Shown piece by piece: positions 1 through 9,954 of a stretch of DNA of 64,000 bases. The stretch spans positions 1,056,001-1,120,000 of the forward strand of contig CBDANS010000006.1 in assembly GCA_965197745.1 (NCBI GenBank), written 5' to 3'. Each line of letters opens with the position of its first letter. Positions within the stretch are counted from its first letter, which is position 1. The position numbers and the translations under genes were made by a program. The notes below the pieces were generated by a model. That model saw only the letters and a list, made by a program, of their open reading frames with translations. It made no database searches and was not told the origin of the DNA. Source of the DNA: Opitutales bacterium. GTDB taxonomy: Bacteria; Verrucomicrobiota; Verrucomicrobiia; Opitutales; PNEW01.

Positions 1-187
1 CAGTTTGGGCTAAAATAAAAGTCGTTGCTATCGCCGCCTTCACTTTTCCTGTTCCGCTTACGACAAGACAGGTATCACCGATGCGATAGAGAGGAACACG
101 ATGAGACTGCGGATCTTTTTTTAATCCAAAATATTGAATCAGCGGTCTTGCTTCCTCATGGAGCGCGGTAATGATGGCCTTGATCAT
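1..187 (-). CDS. Nucleoside phosphorylase/MTA-SAH nucleosidase-like protein, N-terminal part (runs off window)
   Basis: Manual translation from ATG at 187: [24 protein letters not shown]...[15 protein letters not shown], resembling PNP_UDP_1 family N-termini (A..EA..L; SG.GKV.AA). Confidence 0.55.
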   Translation of the reverse strand, partial: MIKAIITALHEEARPLIQYFGLKKDPQSHRVPLYRIGDTCLVVSGTGKVKAAIATTFILAQT

Positions 188-222
188 GGGTCCTGTTAGA
201 ATTATTCTGCTTAAAAGATCCT

Positions 223-744
223 ATGGTTGGCGATAAAATAGATATAATTGAAGGGGACATCACCCGGCTGAAGGTAGGGGCTATTGTCAATGCCGCAAAT
301 AACCGGTTGCTTGGCGGGGGTGGTGTAGACGGGGCTATCCATCGGGCCGCGGGGCCGGAATTACTGGAAGAATGTCGTGCCCTCGAGGGCTGCGCGACGG
401 GAGAGGCGAAAATAACACGCGGCTACCAGTTGCCCGCTGAACATGTCATTCATGCCGTGGGACCTGTATGGCATGGCGGCAATCGTGGGGAAGCGGAATT
501 GCTTGCCGGTTGTTACCGGAACAGTTTGCGTCTCGCCGTGGAAAAAGGACTGCGGTCTATCGCCTTCCCCTCAATCAGTACCGGCATCTATGGCTATCCA
601 CTGGAAGCGGCAACACGTGTCGCTCTCACTGAAACAGGAAATTTTTTGGAAAATGATTCCCCGATAGAAAAAGTTATCTTTGCCTGTTACCCGCCCGAAA
701 ACGCGACTGTTTACCGTAAAATATGCGAAGAACTATTCGGTTGA
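223..744 (+). CDS. ymdB: Macro-domain O-acetyl-ADP-ribose deacetylase
   Basis: [40 protein letters not shown] motifs. Confidence 0.93.
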   Translation: MVGDKIDIIEGDITRLKVGAIVNAANNRLLGGGGVDGAIHRAAGPELLEECRALEGCATGEAKITRGYQLPAEHVIHAVGPVWHGGNRGEAELLAGCYRNSLRLAVEKGLRSIAFPSISTGIYGYPLEAATRVALTETGNFLENDSPIEKVIFACYPPENATVYRKICEELFG

Positions 745-745
745 G

Positions 746-1015
746 ATGAAGCGCCTGAAAATAACGGTTAAGGGACGTGTGCAGGGAGTGTTTTTTCGCG
801 ATTCGACAAGGAATAAAGCTTCTGAACTCGGGATCTGCGGGTTCGTTCGCAATCAACCTGATGGCGCCGTCTATATTGAAGCGGAAGGGGATGATGAACC
901 CTTAGAGCAATTCACACAGTGGTGTCGAGAGGGACCCCCTTGGGCGCGTGTGGAAGAAGTAGCTGTCAACGAATGCGAAGCTGAGGGGGCCTCGAAATTT
1001 ATTATAGAAAACTAA
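746..1015 (+). CDS. acyP: Acylphosphatase
   Basis: GRVQGVFFR and GFVRN.PDG.V motifs; ATG at 746 directly after the upstream stop (track ORF starts at 680). Confidence 0.92.
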   Translation: MKRLKITVKGRVQGVFFRDSTRNKASELGICGFVRNQPDGAVYIEAEGDDEPLEQFTQWCREGPPWARVEEVAVNECEAEGASKFIIEN

Positions 1016-1096
1016 AATGAGGGTCGTTCCGAAGCAAAGCCAACAGCCAGATGCCGCGGGAGTAACAGCTTGCCTTGACTTCCATAATAAGAATAG

Positions 1097-1861
1097 ATGA
1101 TTGAAGCCATGTTGCTTAAGGATAAAGTTGCCTTGATAACGGGTGCCAGCACCGGAATCGGCCGTGCGACGGCCAGCTTATTCTCGGAGCATGGGGCCCG
1201 CGTAATTGTCGCGGATATCAATGATGCGGATGGTATACAGACGGTCGAGGGGATTGAGAATAAAGGGGGAGAGGCCCTCTATATTCATGCCGATGTTGGT
1301 GTCATGGACCAGGTGCAATCGATGATCAAAGAGGCTATAAGCCACTATGGGCGCATTGATATTGTCCACAGTAACGCGTATGCGTCGGTCTCCGGGATTG
1401 CCCATGAGATCAGTGAAGCTGACTGGGATCGGACCCTGGAAGTCAGCTTAAAAGCAACCTGGATGATAGCGCGCAGTATCTTACCGACAATGCAGGATTC
1501 GCAGCATGGGGGGGCCTTTATTATTACCGGGTCTGTTCATTCAATTCGTGGCTATGCTCATAGCACTCCCTATCAGGCGGCCAAAGGCGGCCTCTTAGCG
1601 CTCACCCGCGCGTTAGCTGCCGACTATGCTCCGAACGTTCGAGTCAATGCCATCTTACCCGGGGCCATAGAAACGCGCCCTGCTACGGACGAGGAAAGAA
1701 AGAGGACAGCCGATATGTGTCCCTTGAAACGCAACGGCCGGCCGGAAGATATTGCCCAGGCGGCTCTCTTTTTGGCTTCTAATATGTCATCCTATATAAC
1801 GGGAACTTCCCTCATAGTGGACGGGGGCCTGGTCTCAACGATTACAATGCCACGGGAATAA
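1097..1861 (+). CDS. SDR family NAD(P)-dependent oxidoreductase
   Basis: TGASTGIG, YQAAK catalytic YxxxK, VRVNAILPG, VDGG. Confidence 0.92.
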   Translation: MIEAMLLKDKVALITGASTGIGRATASLFSEHGARVIVADINDADGIQTVEGIENKGGEALYIHADVGVMDQVQSMIKEAISHYGRIDIVHSNAYASVSGIAHEISEADWDRTLEVSLKATWMIARSILPTMQDSQHGGAFIITGSVHSIRGYAHSTPYQAAKGGLLALTRALAADYAPNVRVNAILPGAIETRPATDEERKRTADMCPLKRNGRPEDIAQAALFLASNMSSYITGTSLIVDGGLVSTITMPRE

Positions 1862-1927
1862 TTTGCACCCTGACACGTGAAAAGAGCTAAGTAAAATCTG
1901 AATGTTAACCGGTATGAACTTAAAATT

Positions 1928-2884
1928 ATGACCACTGCTAAAACAAAAGTTAAATATCCCCTGTCCTGCACGATGGAAGCGGGGGTCGAAACCTTGAAGC
2001 GGTTCAATTTAAACACGGAAGGAGGGTTGCAGATGGATCTCTTAACCGGGAAATCCCCGGGGGGGCCTAATGTCGATAATATTAAAGAATTTTATGATAT
2101 AATGACCAGTGGTCATGCCCCTATGGGCAAGAGCTCTGGGACCGTTAAAGGGTGGAGTATTGAAAATATATATACGGTCGATGATCAGGCCTTACGCCTG
2201 CGATTGAATTTCGCGGCGACCGAGAAGGATTTTCGTCAGGTGTGTATCGACCGCTATATAAAATATGTCGACCAGGCAAGCCACCTGCCCTACCTTAAAA
2301 AAGTAAATATGCACGGTGCGCCCAAACGCTGGGTAACGGAGACACAAATTTACGGGCAGGAAGGTGATTACGAACTTCAAATAGAGGCAATCAAACAAAT
2401 TGCCTCTTTTGCTGGAGAACACGGGATAGAGATTACCTTGGAAAACACGAACCTTAACTGGGACGGCATTCCCGATGACATACCGGGTGAAGCGGTGAAC
2501 TGGAACAGGAGGAATCGCTATTTCGGCGAATCGCCGGAAGAGTGGATCAAGATGGGTGAAGACGTCAACATGCCGAACGTTTCCCTGTGCCTTGATTCTG
2601 GCCACGCGGCAACCTATGCGCAGATATTCTCCGACCATGATACGCGTAAGGAAACGATGATGAATTTTCTTTCTCGACCGGATTTAATCGGGCATGTCCA
2701 TTGGAACGATCAATTATTATATGATGTGCGTGGACGCCCGGATTATCACGGACTGATTGGTACCGCGTCGCTCCCGATAGAGTTTCATCGGAAAATAAAA
2801 TCCCTGGATGCGACCATCCTTCTGGAACATTTTTATTCCATCGAGGAACTCGAAGAAGAATTAGAGTTCATTGATAAATTGTAA
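1928..2884 (+). CDS. Xylose isomerase-like TIM-barrel protein (sugar phosphate isomerase/epimerase family)
   Basis: LEN, LCLDSGHA, HVHWND, H..., ILLE metal-ligand pattern of AP_endonuc_2 family. Confidence 0.7.
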   Translation: MTTAKTKVKYPLSCTMEAGVETLKRFNLNTEGGLQMDLLTGKSPGGPNVDNIKEFYDIMTSGHAPMGKSSGTVKGWSIENIYTVDDQALRLRLNFAATEKDFRQVCIDRYIKYVDQASHLPYLKKVNMHGAPKRWVTETQIYGQEGDYELQIEAIKQIASFAGEHGIEITLENTNLNWDGIPDDIPGEAVNWNRRNRYFGESPEEWIKMGEDVNMPNVSLCLDSGHAATYAQIFSDHDTRKETMMNFLSRPDLIGHVHWNDQLLYDVRGRPDYHGLIGTASLPIEFHRKIKSLDATILLEHFYSIEELEEELEFIDKL

Positions 2885-2940
2885 GTTTTCAAGTTAGGGG
2901 TTTCAACGATAAGCGGGAGCTTTTTTAGGAATAGCGAAAT

Positions 2941-4782
2941 ATGGCTGATGGATTAGCATTTAAATGGCGGGTGATCCAGAGTGGCGGCAGCGGGGCATCG
3001 ATTTTTCTCGCGAGCAAAGAGGAACTGGAAAACTACGAGGTTGAAATGCAATCTGTCTCTGCGCCTTCCCGTGCCGGGCGTTTATTTACCTGGGAAGATG
3101 CGCAAAACCCACAACCCTCGTCTCCCGTCGGTCGCTTCATCGCACAATTGCTGGAATGGGGATTCAATGGATTGGCGCTGGAGGATGATCTTGAAAAGCA
3201 TCCGAACGAGATGCGTGGCTTTGCTCGCTACCTTAAAGAAAATGGTATGGGGATGATCCTCCGTCGCGAGTGGTGCGAGACTGAGATCGGCTACTCTATA
3301 CCGATTACAGAAAGTGAAGCACTTCCGCGCACTTCACGCAAGTTATGCCCATACAATGATGAAGTACGCGACTATTGGGTAAAGAGGATCGCGCGTGACT
3401 ACGAATTGGCGCCGGATTTGGAAGGTTATCGAATGAATGGGACGGAGTTTTACTTTATTAACGGTGCTCCATGGATGTGCGATTGTGCTGAATGCCGGAA
3501 ACGGTCCGGACGTGAACGAACGCGGGATGCAATTTGTCTCGTGGCAAATCTTTTTGCGCCTCATGGGGGGACATTGTTTTGGGAGACCTGTTCGGATGAT
3601 CCCTGGGGTCAACGCCATGAGACCGTTTACTTCAAGGACATGACTGGCGAGTTGCCCGATAACGCGTTTATTTTTATCAAACGGCTCTACTTTGACTACC
3701 ATCCGCATTGGCCACGCCACCCCCTCTTCGAATTTATCACCAAGGATGCAGAGGGGAATTCGCCTTATATGACAAGTATTCCCCTACCCAATGAATGGAT
3801 GGGCGTGCACAGCTACCCCTATTCACATGTCGATGAGTGGAGCGCGGCATTTCGCGATATGAAAGCGACCGGTCAACAGGGAGTGTGGCTATATGACATA
3901 GTGGAACCGGGGGGATATGATCCTCCATTAAACAAGGTGAACTGGTATGCCGTCGCTCGCTATATGCGAGATCCCAACGCCGATCCGGGCGAGGTCAAAT
4001 TATCCTGGGCCCAAGCACAGTACGGCGAGAAGGCAGCGCCGACCGTGCTTGAGGTTCTTTATAAAATGACAGAAGCGTTAGTGGGGATGTTTTATTTTGA
4101 TGGACTTATGACTGCCAATCACTGTCACTTTTCGAATATCGAATATCTGGACTCACACACGAGTGGCCCATACCATCAATCGACGCGCATGACGGGGATG
4201 ATGGGGATGGCCTGGCCCTTAGACATGTACACCCCGCAGCGTATGGCCGAGATTCGCACTAATCCCCGAACACGGTTGGTCTTTACCCAGGCGCCAATAA
4301 CACACGCTTTAAAGGATGAAGCGATGGCGCAGAAGGAGAAGGCAGTCCGATTGATTGAAGAGTCCATTATCCTATGGCGCGGGCTTAAAGGAAAGATGGG
4401 TGAGGAAGATTATAATACGACCCTGGTTGGACTGGAGGGGCATAAGCAAGTCGCCATGATTTTTTGTAAGTGTATGGATCTTTATATGGATTGGAAACTT
4501 GGCGTGTTGACGGAGGAACGTATAGATAAAGTGCTCGGGGAGGCACGTGGGCTAAATGGAATTATTGTGCCGGACCCTTTGTCAGAAGAACCGGAAGCCA
4601 GACCCATGGACGTGAATCGACCTGCTTCGCTTAAAACATTCGCGGAGCAACTGCGTCGAGACTTGCATGAACCTTGGATTGAGCAATATTGGTTAAAAAA
4701 AACTAAGGGTGTAGGGGCGGCATATGATGAAGATAATGCTGACGATCCTTGGCTGCGCATTATCAAACCCTCGGACGTATAG
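2941..4782 (+). CDS. Hypothetical protein, possibly a distant glycoside hydrolase (GH67-like TIM barrel)
   Basis: 613-aa ORF; GFNGLAL...PDLEGYRMNGTE loosely resembles alpha-glucuronidase middle domain; CDCAEC motif; sits in a sugar-catabolic cluster. Confidence 0.45.
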   Translation: MADGLAFKWRVIQSGGSGASIFLASKEELENYEVEMQSVSAPSRAGRLFTWEDAQNPQPSSPVGRFIAQLLEWGFNGLALEDDLEKHPNEMRGFARYLKENGMGMILRREWCETEIGYSIPITESEALPRTSRKLCPYNDEVRDYWVKRIARDYELAPDLEGYRMNGTEFYFINGAPWMCDCAECRKRSGRERTRDAICLVANLFAPHGGTLFWETCSDDPWGQRHETVYFKDMTGELPDNAFIFIKRLYFDYHPHWPRHPLFEFITKDAEGNSPYMTSIPLPNEWMGVHSYPYSHVDEWSAAFRDMKATGQQGVWLYDIVEPGGYDPPLNKVNWYAVARYMRDPNADPGEVKLSWAQAQYGEKAAPTVLEVLYKMTEALVGMFYFDGLMTANHCHFSNIEYLDSHTSGPYHQSTRMTGMMGMAWPLDMYTPQRMAEIRTNPRTRLVFTQAPITHALKDEAMAQKEKAVRLIEESIILWRGLKGKMGEEDYNTTLVGLEGHKQVAMIFCKCMDLYMDWKLGVLTEERIDKVLGEARGLNGIIVPDPLSEEPEARPMDVNRPASLKTFAEQLRRDLHEPWIEQYWLKKTKGVGAAYDEDNADDPWLRIIKPSDV

Positions 4783-4807
4783 GTAAATAAAGACAAGAAG
4801 AAATCTC

Positions 4808-5587
4808 ATGATAAATGACAGGCTGAATGAACTGCTGAACGAGCATGATCACCTCTTCGGTTTGATCTGTCGTGATGTCACAATGACCGATATCGAATTG
4901 ATAGCGCAGGCAGGTTACCAAATTGTCTGGATCGATCTCGAACACAGCCCTATTACTACCGCGGAAGCGGTTCGACTGGGACGAACTATCCACCACCTGG
5001 GGATGGTTTCCATGGTGCGCATCCCGGAACTGCGACGCACTCATGTTCAGGTATTGCTCGATGGAGGCATCGATATAATAAATTTACCGGATGTGCGAAA
5101 CGCGGCAACCGCGAAAGAATTTGTCCGCTTGGGAAAGTACCCTCCTTTGGGTGAGCGCGGGGCGGCCTCAACCACGGCGAGTACCGGATTTACGATTGGC
5201 GATGACCCGAAGAGGACCTTTGAAGAGGCGAACAACGCGACCCATCTCATGGCCATGATCGAATGTGACGAGGGCTTTGAAGCCCTCGAAGGAATACTCG
5301 CCGTTGAAGGAATCGATATCATAAATGTAGGACCCACAGACTGGTCGGTGAGTCTTGGCATCTTTGGCGAGGAGGCAGAAGCGCACCTCGCGCCAAAAAT
5401 TGAGCATGTGATCAGTGAATCGGTGAAGGCCGGTAAGCTTCTGGCGATGGGCGCATTTCAACCCGATCTGGCCGTCAAGCACCGCGACCAGGGGGTTCGC
5501 ATTACCTTGGTCGGCACCGATGTCGGCATGAAACGGAAGGTCTTCCATGATACCTTTGCTACCTATCGTAACCTCTTAAAAGGCTAA
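4808..5587 (+). CDS. HpcH/HpaI class II aldolase family protein
   Basis: WIDLEH, MVRIP, LDGG, KYPPLGERG, MIE, VGPTD motifs. Confidence 0.9.
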   Translation: MINDRLNELLNEHDHLFGLICRDVTMTDIELIAQAGYQIVWIDLEHSPITTAEAVRLGRTIHHLGMVSMVRIPELRRTHVQVLLDGGIDIINLPDVRNAATAKEFVRLGKYPPLGERGAASTTASTGFTIGDDPKRTFEEANNATHLMAMIECDEGFEALEGILAVEGIDIINVGPTDWSVSLGIFGEEAEAHLAPKIEHVISESVKAGKLLAMGAFQPDLAVKHRDQGVRITLVGTDVGMKRKVFHDTFATYRNLLKG

Positions 5588-5593
5588 TTGATT

Positions 5594-6604
5594 ATGAAAC
5601 TTGGCATCAATACCGGGTTCATTATGAAATTCGATTTCGATGAGGGATTGCGCTACGCGTCAAACCTGGGCCTTCATCTCGCTGAAGTGGGAGCGTGTGG
5701 GATCGCGTCGAAGAAATACTGCGATGTCGAAAAATTGCTGGCTGATAATGGAGAGCGACAGAGCTGGCTCGATAGCTACGCCAAATATAATATTGAAATT
5801 GTTTCATTATCCGCGCATGGAGCACCGCTCACGCCGGATAAAAAGATGGCCGATGAATACAGCCGCCAGTTTCGTCTCTGCTGTGAACTGGCAGAGAGAA
5901 TTGGGGTGAAGAAAGTAACCCTTGTTGCCGGATTGCCAGAAGGGGTTGAAGGAGGTATTTTCCCTGTCTGGATTACGCAGCAGGTGGATGTGCCGTTTTA
6001 CCGCAACGCCCTGCAGTGGCAGTGGGAGAATCGGTTGATCCCATATTGGAAGAAACATGGAAAAATCGCAGAGGATTACGGCGTCACCCTCTGCTTTGAA
6101 ATGCAAGTCGGTGACATGATAAACAACCCGGTTAAACTCAAACAGCTTCGCGATGAGGTTGGTCCCGTTGTCGCCTGCAACTTCGATATCTCTCACATGT
6201 GGGCACAAGGTATCGATCCTATCGAGGCGATTCGTTATCTCGGCGATCTGGTGCAGCATGTTCATATCAAGGATACCTGTATCCATGAACATAATCTTCG
6301 TCTTAAGGGGTTTAATGATTCCACCTCCTCTACCCTGCCTGAAAAGCGTGCCTGGACTTTTACTTTACCCGGGTGGGGTCATGACGAGAAGACCTGGCGT
6401 GAGGTAATCGCAACCTTAAGGCTCATTGGTTATGCGGATATCCTTTCCGTCGAAATGGAATGTGAGTACATTGACATCGAGGAGGGGATTGAAAAATCGG
6501 TCGCTTTTCTCAAACCCCTGATCCTCGAGAAACCAACGGGTCAGCGTTGGTGGGAAGCGGCGGCGTTTGGCCAACTGTGGAAAGTAGAAAAGGAGGATAA
6601 GTAA
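5594..6604 (+). CDS. Sugar phosphate isomerase/epimerase (IolE/IolI-like TIM barrel)
   Basis: SLSAHG.PL.P, WQWE, NFDISH..WQGIDP, HVHIKD, W.F...G.GH, LSVEME. Confidence 0.85.
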   Translation: MKLGINTGFIMKFDFDEGLRYASNLGLHLAEVGACGIASKKYCDVEKLLADNGERQSWLDSYAKYNIEIVSLSAHGAPLTPDKKMADEYSRQFRLCCELAERIGVKKVTLVAGLPEGVEGGIFPVWITQQVDVPFYRNALQWQWENRLIPYWKKHGKIAEDYGVTLCFEMQVGDMINNPVKLKQLRDEVGPVVACNFDISHMWAQGIDPIEAIRYLGDLVQHVHIKDTCIHEHNLRLKGFNDSTSSTLPEKRAWTFTLPGWGHDEKTWREVIATLRLIGYADILSVEMECEYIDIEEGIEKSVAFLKPLILEKPTGQRWWEAAAFGQLWKVEKEDK

Positions 6605-7362
6605 TGTCTGTTCAACTGGAATTCGTGGGTCATGCCTGTTTTCGTCTCTGGGAAAATGGCAAACCTGAGATTGTTATGGACCCGTTTTCTCACGAGAAAA
6701 CGGAACTGCCCGATGACGGGTTTCGCCTCGATGCAGATACGGTGATTGTCAGTTCTCTCACCGATCCAGCTCACGATAATGTAAAGCTCGTTAACGGTGA
6801 CCCGAGGGTCATAAATGCGTTGGACGTTGCCACCGGAAAGACGGTAGCCGAGATCAACGGTGAACCGCTGGTGACTATAGCAGCGGCAGAGATACCGGAT
6901 CACCCTGAGGGGACGGACGACAATGCTCTGTATGCCTTTAAGGCCGGGGGTCTCTGGTTCGCCCACATGGGAGACCTGGGGTTTGAGTTATGCCGTGAGG
7001 ATTTGGCTCCTTTTGTCGGGAAGTGTGATGTCTTAATGACCATCACCGGAGAAAAGTTCACCCCAAAATTCGACGAATTGGATCCGATGATTGAGTTTTT
7101 AAAACCTACATGGATATTCCCGATGCATTACGGATTACCGCCACTTGCGGGAACCGAGATCCCAGGCGGAGGAATGACTTTTATCGATAAGTTTCTCAAC
7201 CGGCGTCGAGGTGACCCCGTATTCCTCGCACGGCATCACACCGTTACCTTTCCACTGCCTCAATCAAATGAAGGGCGCCCGACGATCGTGGTCCTCGAAC
7301 CCTCTGCCTATCAGGCGACCGGGGGGATCCCCGCATTTTCCTGCCTCCAGGAGGGAAAATAA
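6604..7362 (+). CDS. MBL-fold metallo-hydrolase
   Basis: GHACF, MDPF, HMGDLG, PMHY motifs (degenerate HxHxDH: SLTDPAH). Confidence 0.75.
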   Translation: MSVQLEFVGHACFRLWENGKPEIVMDPFSHEKTELPDDGFRLDADTVIVSSLTDPAHDNVKLVNGDPRVINALDVATGKTVAEINGEPLVTIAAAEIPDHPEGTDDNALYAFKAGGLWFAHMGDLGFELCREDLAPFVGKCDVLMTITGEKFTPKFDELDPMIEFLKPTWIFPMHYGLPPLAGTEIPGGGMTFIDKFLNRRRGDPVFLARHHTVTFPLPQSNEGRPTIVVLEPSAYQATGGIPAFSCLQEGK

Positions 7363-7541
7363 TTGAATATTCATCTTTCGAAAAACAATAAATGTCCCGT
7401 CGGGTGAATGATCGCGCGGTGGCGAAAGGAATGGGGAATGATTTATGAAAAAGTATAAGCCAATAAATAGACCAACAATATTATTTAAATGGGACTTATG
7501 TAGATAACTTGACAAAAATCACATATATTTAAATACGAAAC

Positions 7542-7570
7542 TTGACAATATCATAATATTGCTTTATGGT
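7542..7570 (+). promoter_or_regulatory. sigma70-type promoter of the transposase
   Basis: TTGACA-N17-TATGGT, 6 nt upstream of ATG 7577. Confidence 0.55.
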
Positions 7571-7576
7571 ATTACT

Positions 7577-8509
7577 ATGAAAGCAAAAAAGAAACCCACT
7601 GGATTAAGTCTATACCAAATCATGGAAAAATATAAAACCAAGGAAGATGCTCTTAGGTATTTTGAGAAAATTCGTTGGGGTAATAAACCCACATGCACAA
7701 AATGTGGCTGTGATAGTAAGATCACGCCTCAAAAGGAAAAAGGTAAATATTGGTGTGGATCGTGCCGTGGTTATTTCAATGCTTTAACTGGAACACCTAT
7801 GGAACGGAATAAAGTTGATCTACGCAAATGGATTTATGTTACTTATACCTTAATGACTTCACGCAAGGGAATTTCAAGTATTCAACTTGCTCAGGAACTA
7901 GGAGTTCAACAAAGAACAGCTTGGTATATGCTCCATCGTTTGCGTTTGGCATGTGATACTAGCTTACAGATGTTGCATGGATCGGTCGAAATAGATGAAA
8001 CTTATATCGGGGGGAAAGAGGCTAATAAACATAGCAATAAAAGATTGAAATTAGGTCGAGGTGCTGTAGGTAAACAAGCTATAATCGGTATGAGAGAACG
8101 TAAGGGAAGGGTTAAGACTATGCCGATTGAGAACTCAGACCAACGCACTCTTCATAGTGTGATTAGTAAAAATATAGATACTGAATCTACCCTTTACACG
8201 GATGATCACAGGGGGTATATCGGATTAAAGGGATTTTACCATAATCATAAAAGCGTGAAACACTCCGCCAAGGAATTTGTAAACGGTATGGCACATACTA
8301 ATGGCATTGAATCTGTATGGGCGATTTTAAAGAGGGGTTATTATGGCGTTTATCATAACTGGAGTAGGAAGCATTGTCAGAAATATGTCAATGAGTTTAC
8401 TTTTCGCCTGAATGAGGGTAACTCTTCTAGGGATACACAGGATCGTATAAACGATTTGTTCAGGGCTATGTCAGGAAAAACTATTACCTATAAGGAGTTA
8501 ATCGGATAA
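7577..8509 (+). CDS. IS1595-family DDE transposase
   Basis: Zn ribbon CTKC..CGSC, KGISSIQLA HTH, EIDETYIGG, YTDD, HTNGIESVW..LKRG, YVNEFTFR; ATG 7577 (track start 7559). Confidence 0.95.
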   Translation: MKAKKKPTGLSLYQIMEKYKTKEDALRYFEKIRWGNKPTCTKCGCDSKITPQKEKGKYWCGSCRGYFNALTGTPMERNKVDLRKWIYVTYTLMTSRKGISSIQLAQELGVQQRTAWYMLHRLRLACDTSLQMLHGSVEIDETYIGGKEANKHSNKRLKLGRGAVGKQAIIGMRERKGRVKTMPIENSDQRTLHSVISKNIDTESTLYTDDHRGYIGLKGFYHNHKSVKHSAKEFVNGMAHTNGIESVWAILKRGYYGVYHNWSRKHCQKYVNEFTFRLNEGNSSRDTQDRINDLFRAMSGKTITYKELIG

Positions 8510-8592
8510 TTCCCAATTAATTGAGGCGTAGATGATAAATAAATTATTCTACAGCGATTGACACGAAGTTAATTAATGCGCATGAGGCATGT

Positions 8593-9393
8593 ATGAAACC
8601 ATTACAAGTCAGATTAGATACAAGCAACACAGATGACAGTTTAATCTTGGATAAGTTTGTAGAACGAATTTCTGCGATTTGTGATGTGCTAGTGCAGACG
8701 GATCTTATTATGTCTGAAAACAATGAGAAGAACACCGAATTTAAGATTACTAATCTTTCTCATTCTAGCCCATTCACGATAGAAATTTCGGGGTATCCTC
8801 TTACATCCACATTAGATGATTACAGTGATAACGTATTTAATGAATTTTTTTCTATTCTCAACGATTTTAGCAAACGTGTTCCTACTAAGGAATATCCTAC
8901 AAAATTAGTTGAATCTTTGCGTAGAATAGGAAAAGACATAGACCAAAAAGAATCCAGAATCTCATTTTCAATGAATGGTAAAGAAACTCAAGTGACCAAT
9001 GAATTTATAACTAACACAAAAGCATATGTCATAGAAAATAGAACATACAAGGGATCGGTTAAAGGTATGTTAGAGCAAATCAATGTTCATGGAGGGGCCA
9101 ATAATATTAGGATTTATCCGATCATAGGAGCAAAATTTGTCAAATGTAGCTTCCCGACAAAGATCAAAGATGAAGTCACTGCTAGTATAGATAAATATGT
9201 AGAGGTGTTTGGGATACTTACATATAAGCCAAACGAAAAGTTTGCTAGCGAAGTTGCAGTTGATAGCATTAAAGTTTTCCCTAATGAAGATGAACTACCA
9301 AAACTAGGCGACCTAAGAGGAATTAATCCAGATATAACAGGATCCCTAAAATCCGAGGATTTTATTAGAAAGCAAAGAAATAGTGGGTGGTAA
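8593..9393 (+). CDS. IS passenger protein of unknown function, putative large antitoxin
   Basis: 266-aa ORF overlapping the PIN gene; beta-rich C-half and C-terminal ...DLRGINPDITGSLKSEDFIRKQRNSGW tail reminiscent of VapB-type antitoxin tails. Confidence 0.6.
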   Translation: MKPLQVRLDTSNTDDSLILDKFVERISAICDVLVQTDLIMSENNEKNTEFKITNLSHSSPFTIEISGYPLTSTLDDYSDNVFNEFFSILNDFSKRVPTKEYPTKLVESLRRIGKDIDQKESRISFSMNGKETQVTNEFITNTKAYVIENRTYKGSVKGMLEQINVHGGANNIRIYPIIGAKFVKCSFPTKIKDEVTASIDKYVEVFGILTYKPNEKFASEVAVDSIKVFPNEDELPKLGDLRGINPDITGSLKSEDFIRKQRNSGW

Positions 9394-9928
9394 AATTTAC
9401 TATTGGGATAGCTGTTGTTTTCTAGCTTTAATAAAGAATGAACTACGGGAACCCGGTCAAATGAACGGTCTTATACAAGTTCAAGAACAGTTTGACAGAA
9501 ACGAGTGTACCATCATGTCTTCAGTAATTTTAAGAATGGAAGTTCTCAAAGGAAAGTGGGATGACAAACATACTGAAATTTTTAATGGCATGCTCAAGCG
9601 AAGAAACATGCAGGAAATAGAAATCAATAGCGAAATTACTCAATTTGCTACGGAAATACGTGAGTTTTCATTCAATCAGTCAAGTGAGTCAAAAAAGCCG
9701 AAATTAAGCGTTCCAGACGTGTTACATTTAGCAACTGCAATTATTTTAGAAGCCAACGAATTTCACACATTTGACGGTTGTGGCAACAATAAGGGAATAA
9801 TTGATTATAACCATAATGTTGCGGGTCATGATCTTTTGATTAAAATGCCGTTCTTAGATCAACAGAGTCTAGATTTTGATGAAAAAACAAATAATCACGC
9901 CAAACAAGGAACTTTGGATGATGAATGA
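9383..9928 (+). CDS. PIN-domain (VapC-like) ribonuclease
   Basis: YWDSCCF, LRMEV, VPDVLHLATA, FHTFD acidic tetrad; GTG start overlaps upstream stop. Confidence 0.85.
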   Translation: MGGKIYYWDSCCFLALIKNELREPGQMNGLIQVQEQFDRNECTIMSSVILRMEVLKGKWDDKHTEIFNGMLKRRNMQEIEINSEITQFATEIREFSFNQSSESKKPKLSVPDVLHLATAIILEANEFHTFDGCGNNKGIIDYNHNVAGHDLLIKMPFLDQQSLDFDEKTNNHAKQGTLDDE

Positions 9929-9954
9929 TTCCATTAAAAATTCTATAAACTGAT

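Noticed and set aside
1035..1080. c-di-GMP riboswitch-like GCAAAGCC...GCCAGATGCC
   Set aside because: Too short, lacks the P2 GAAA stem.
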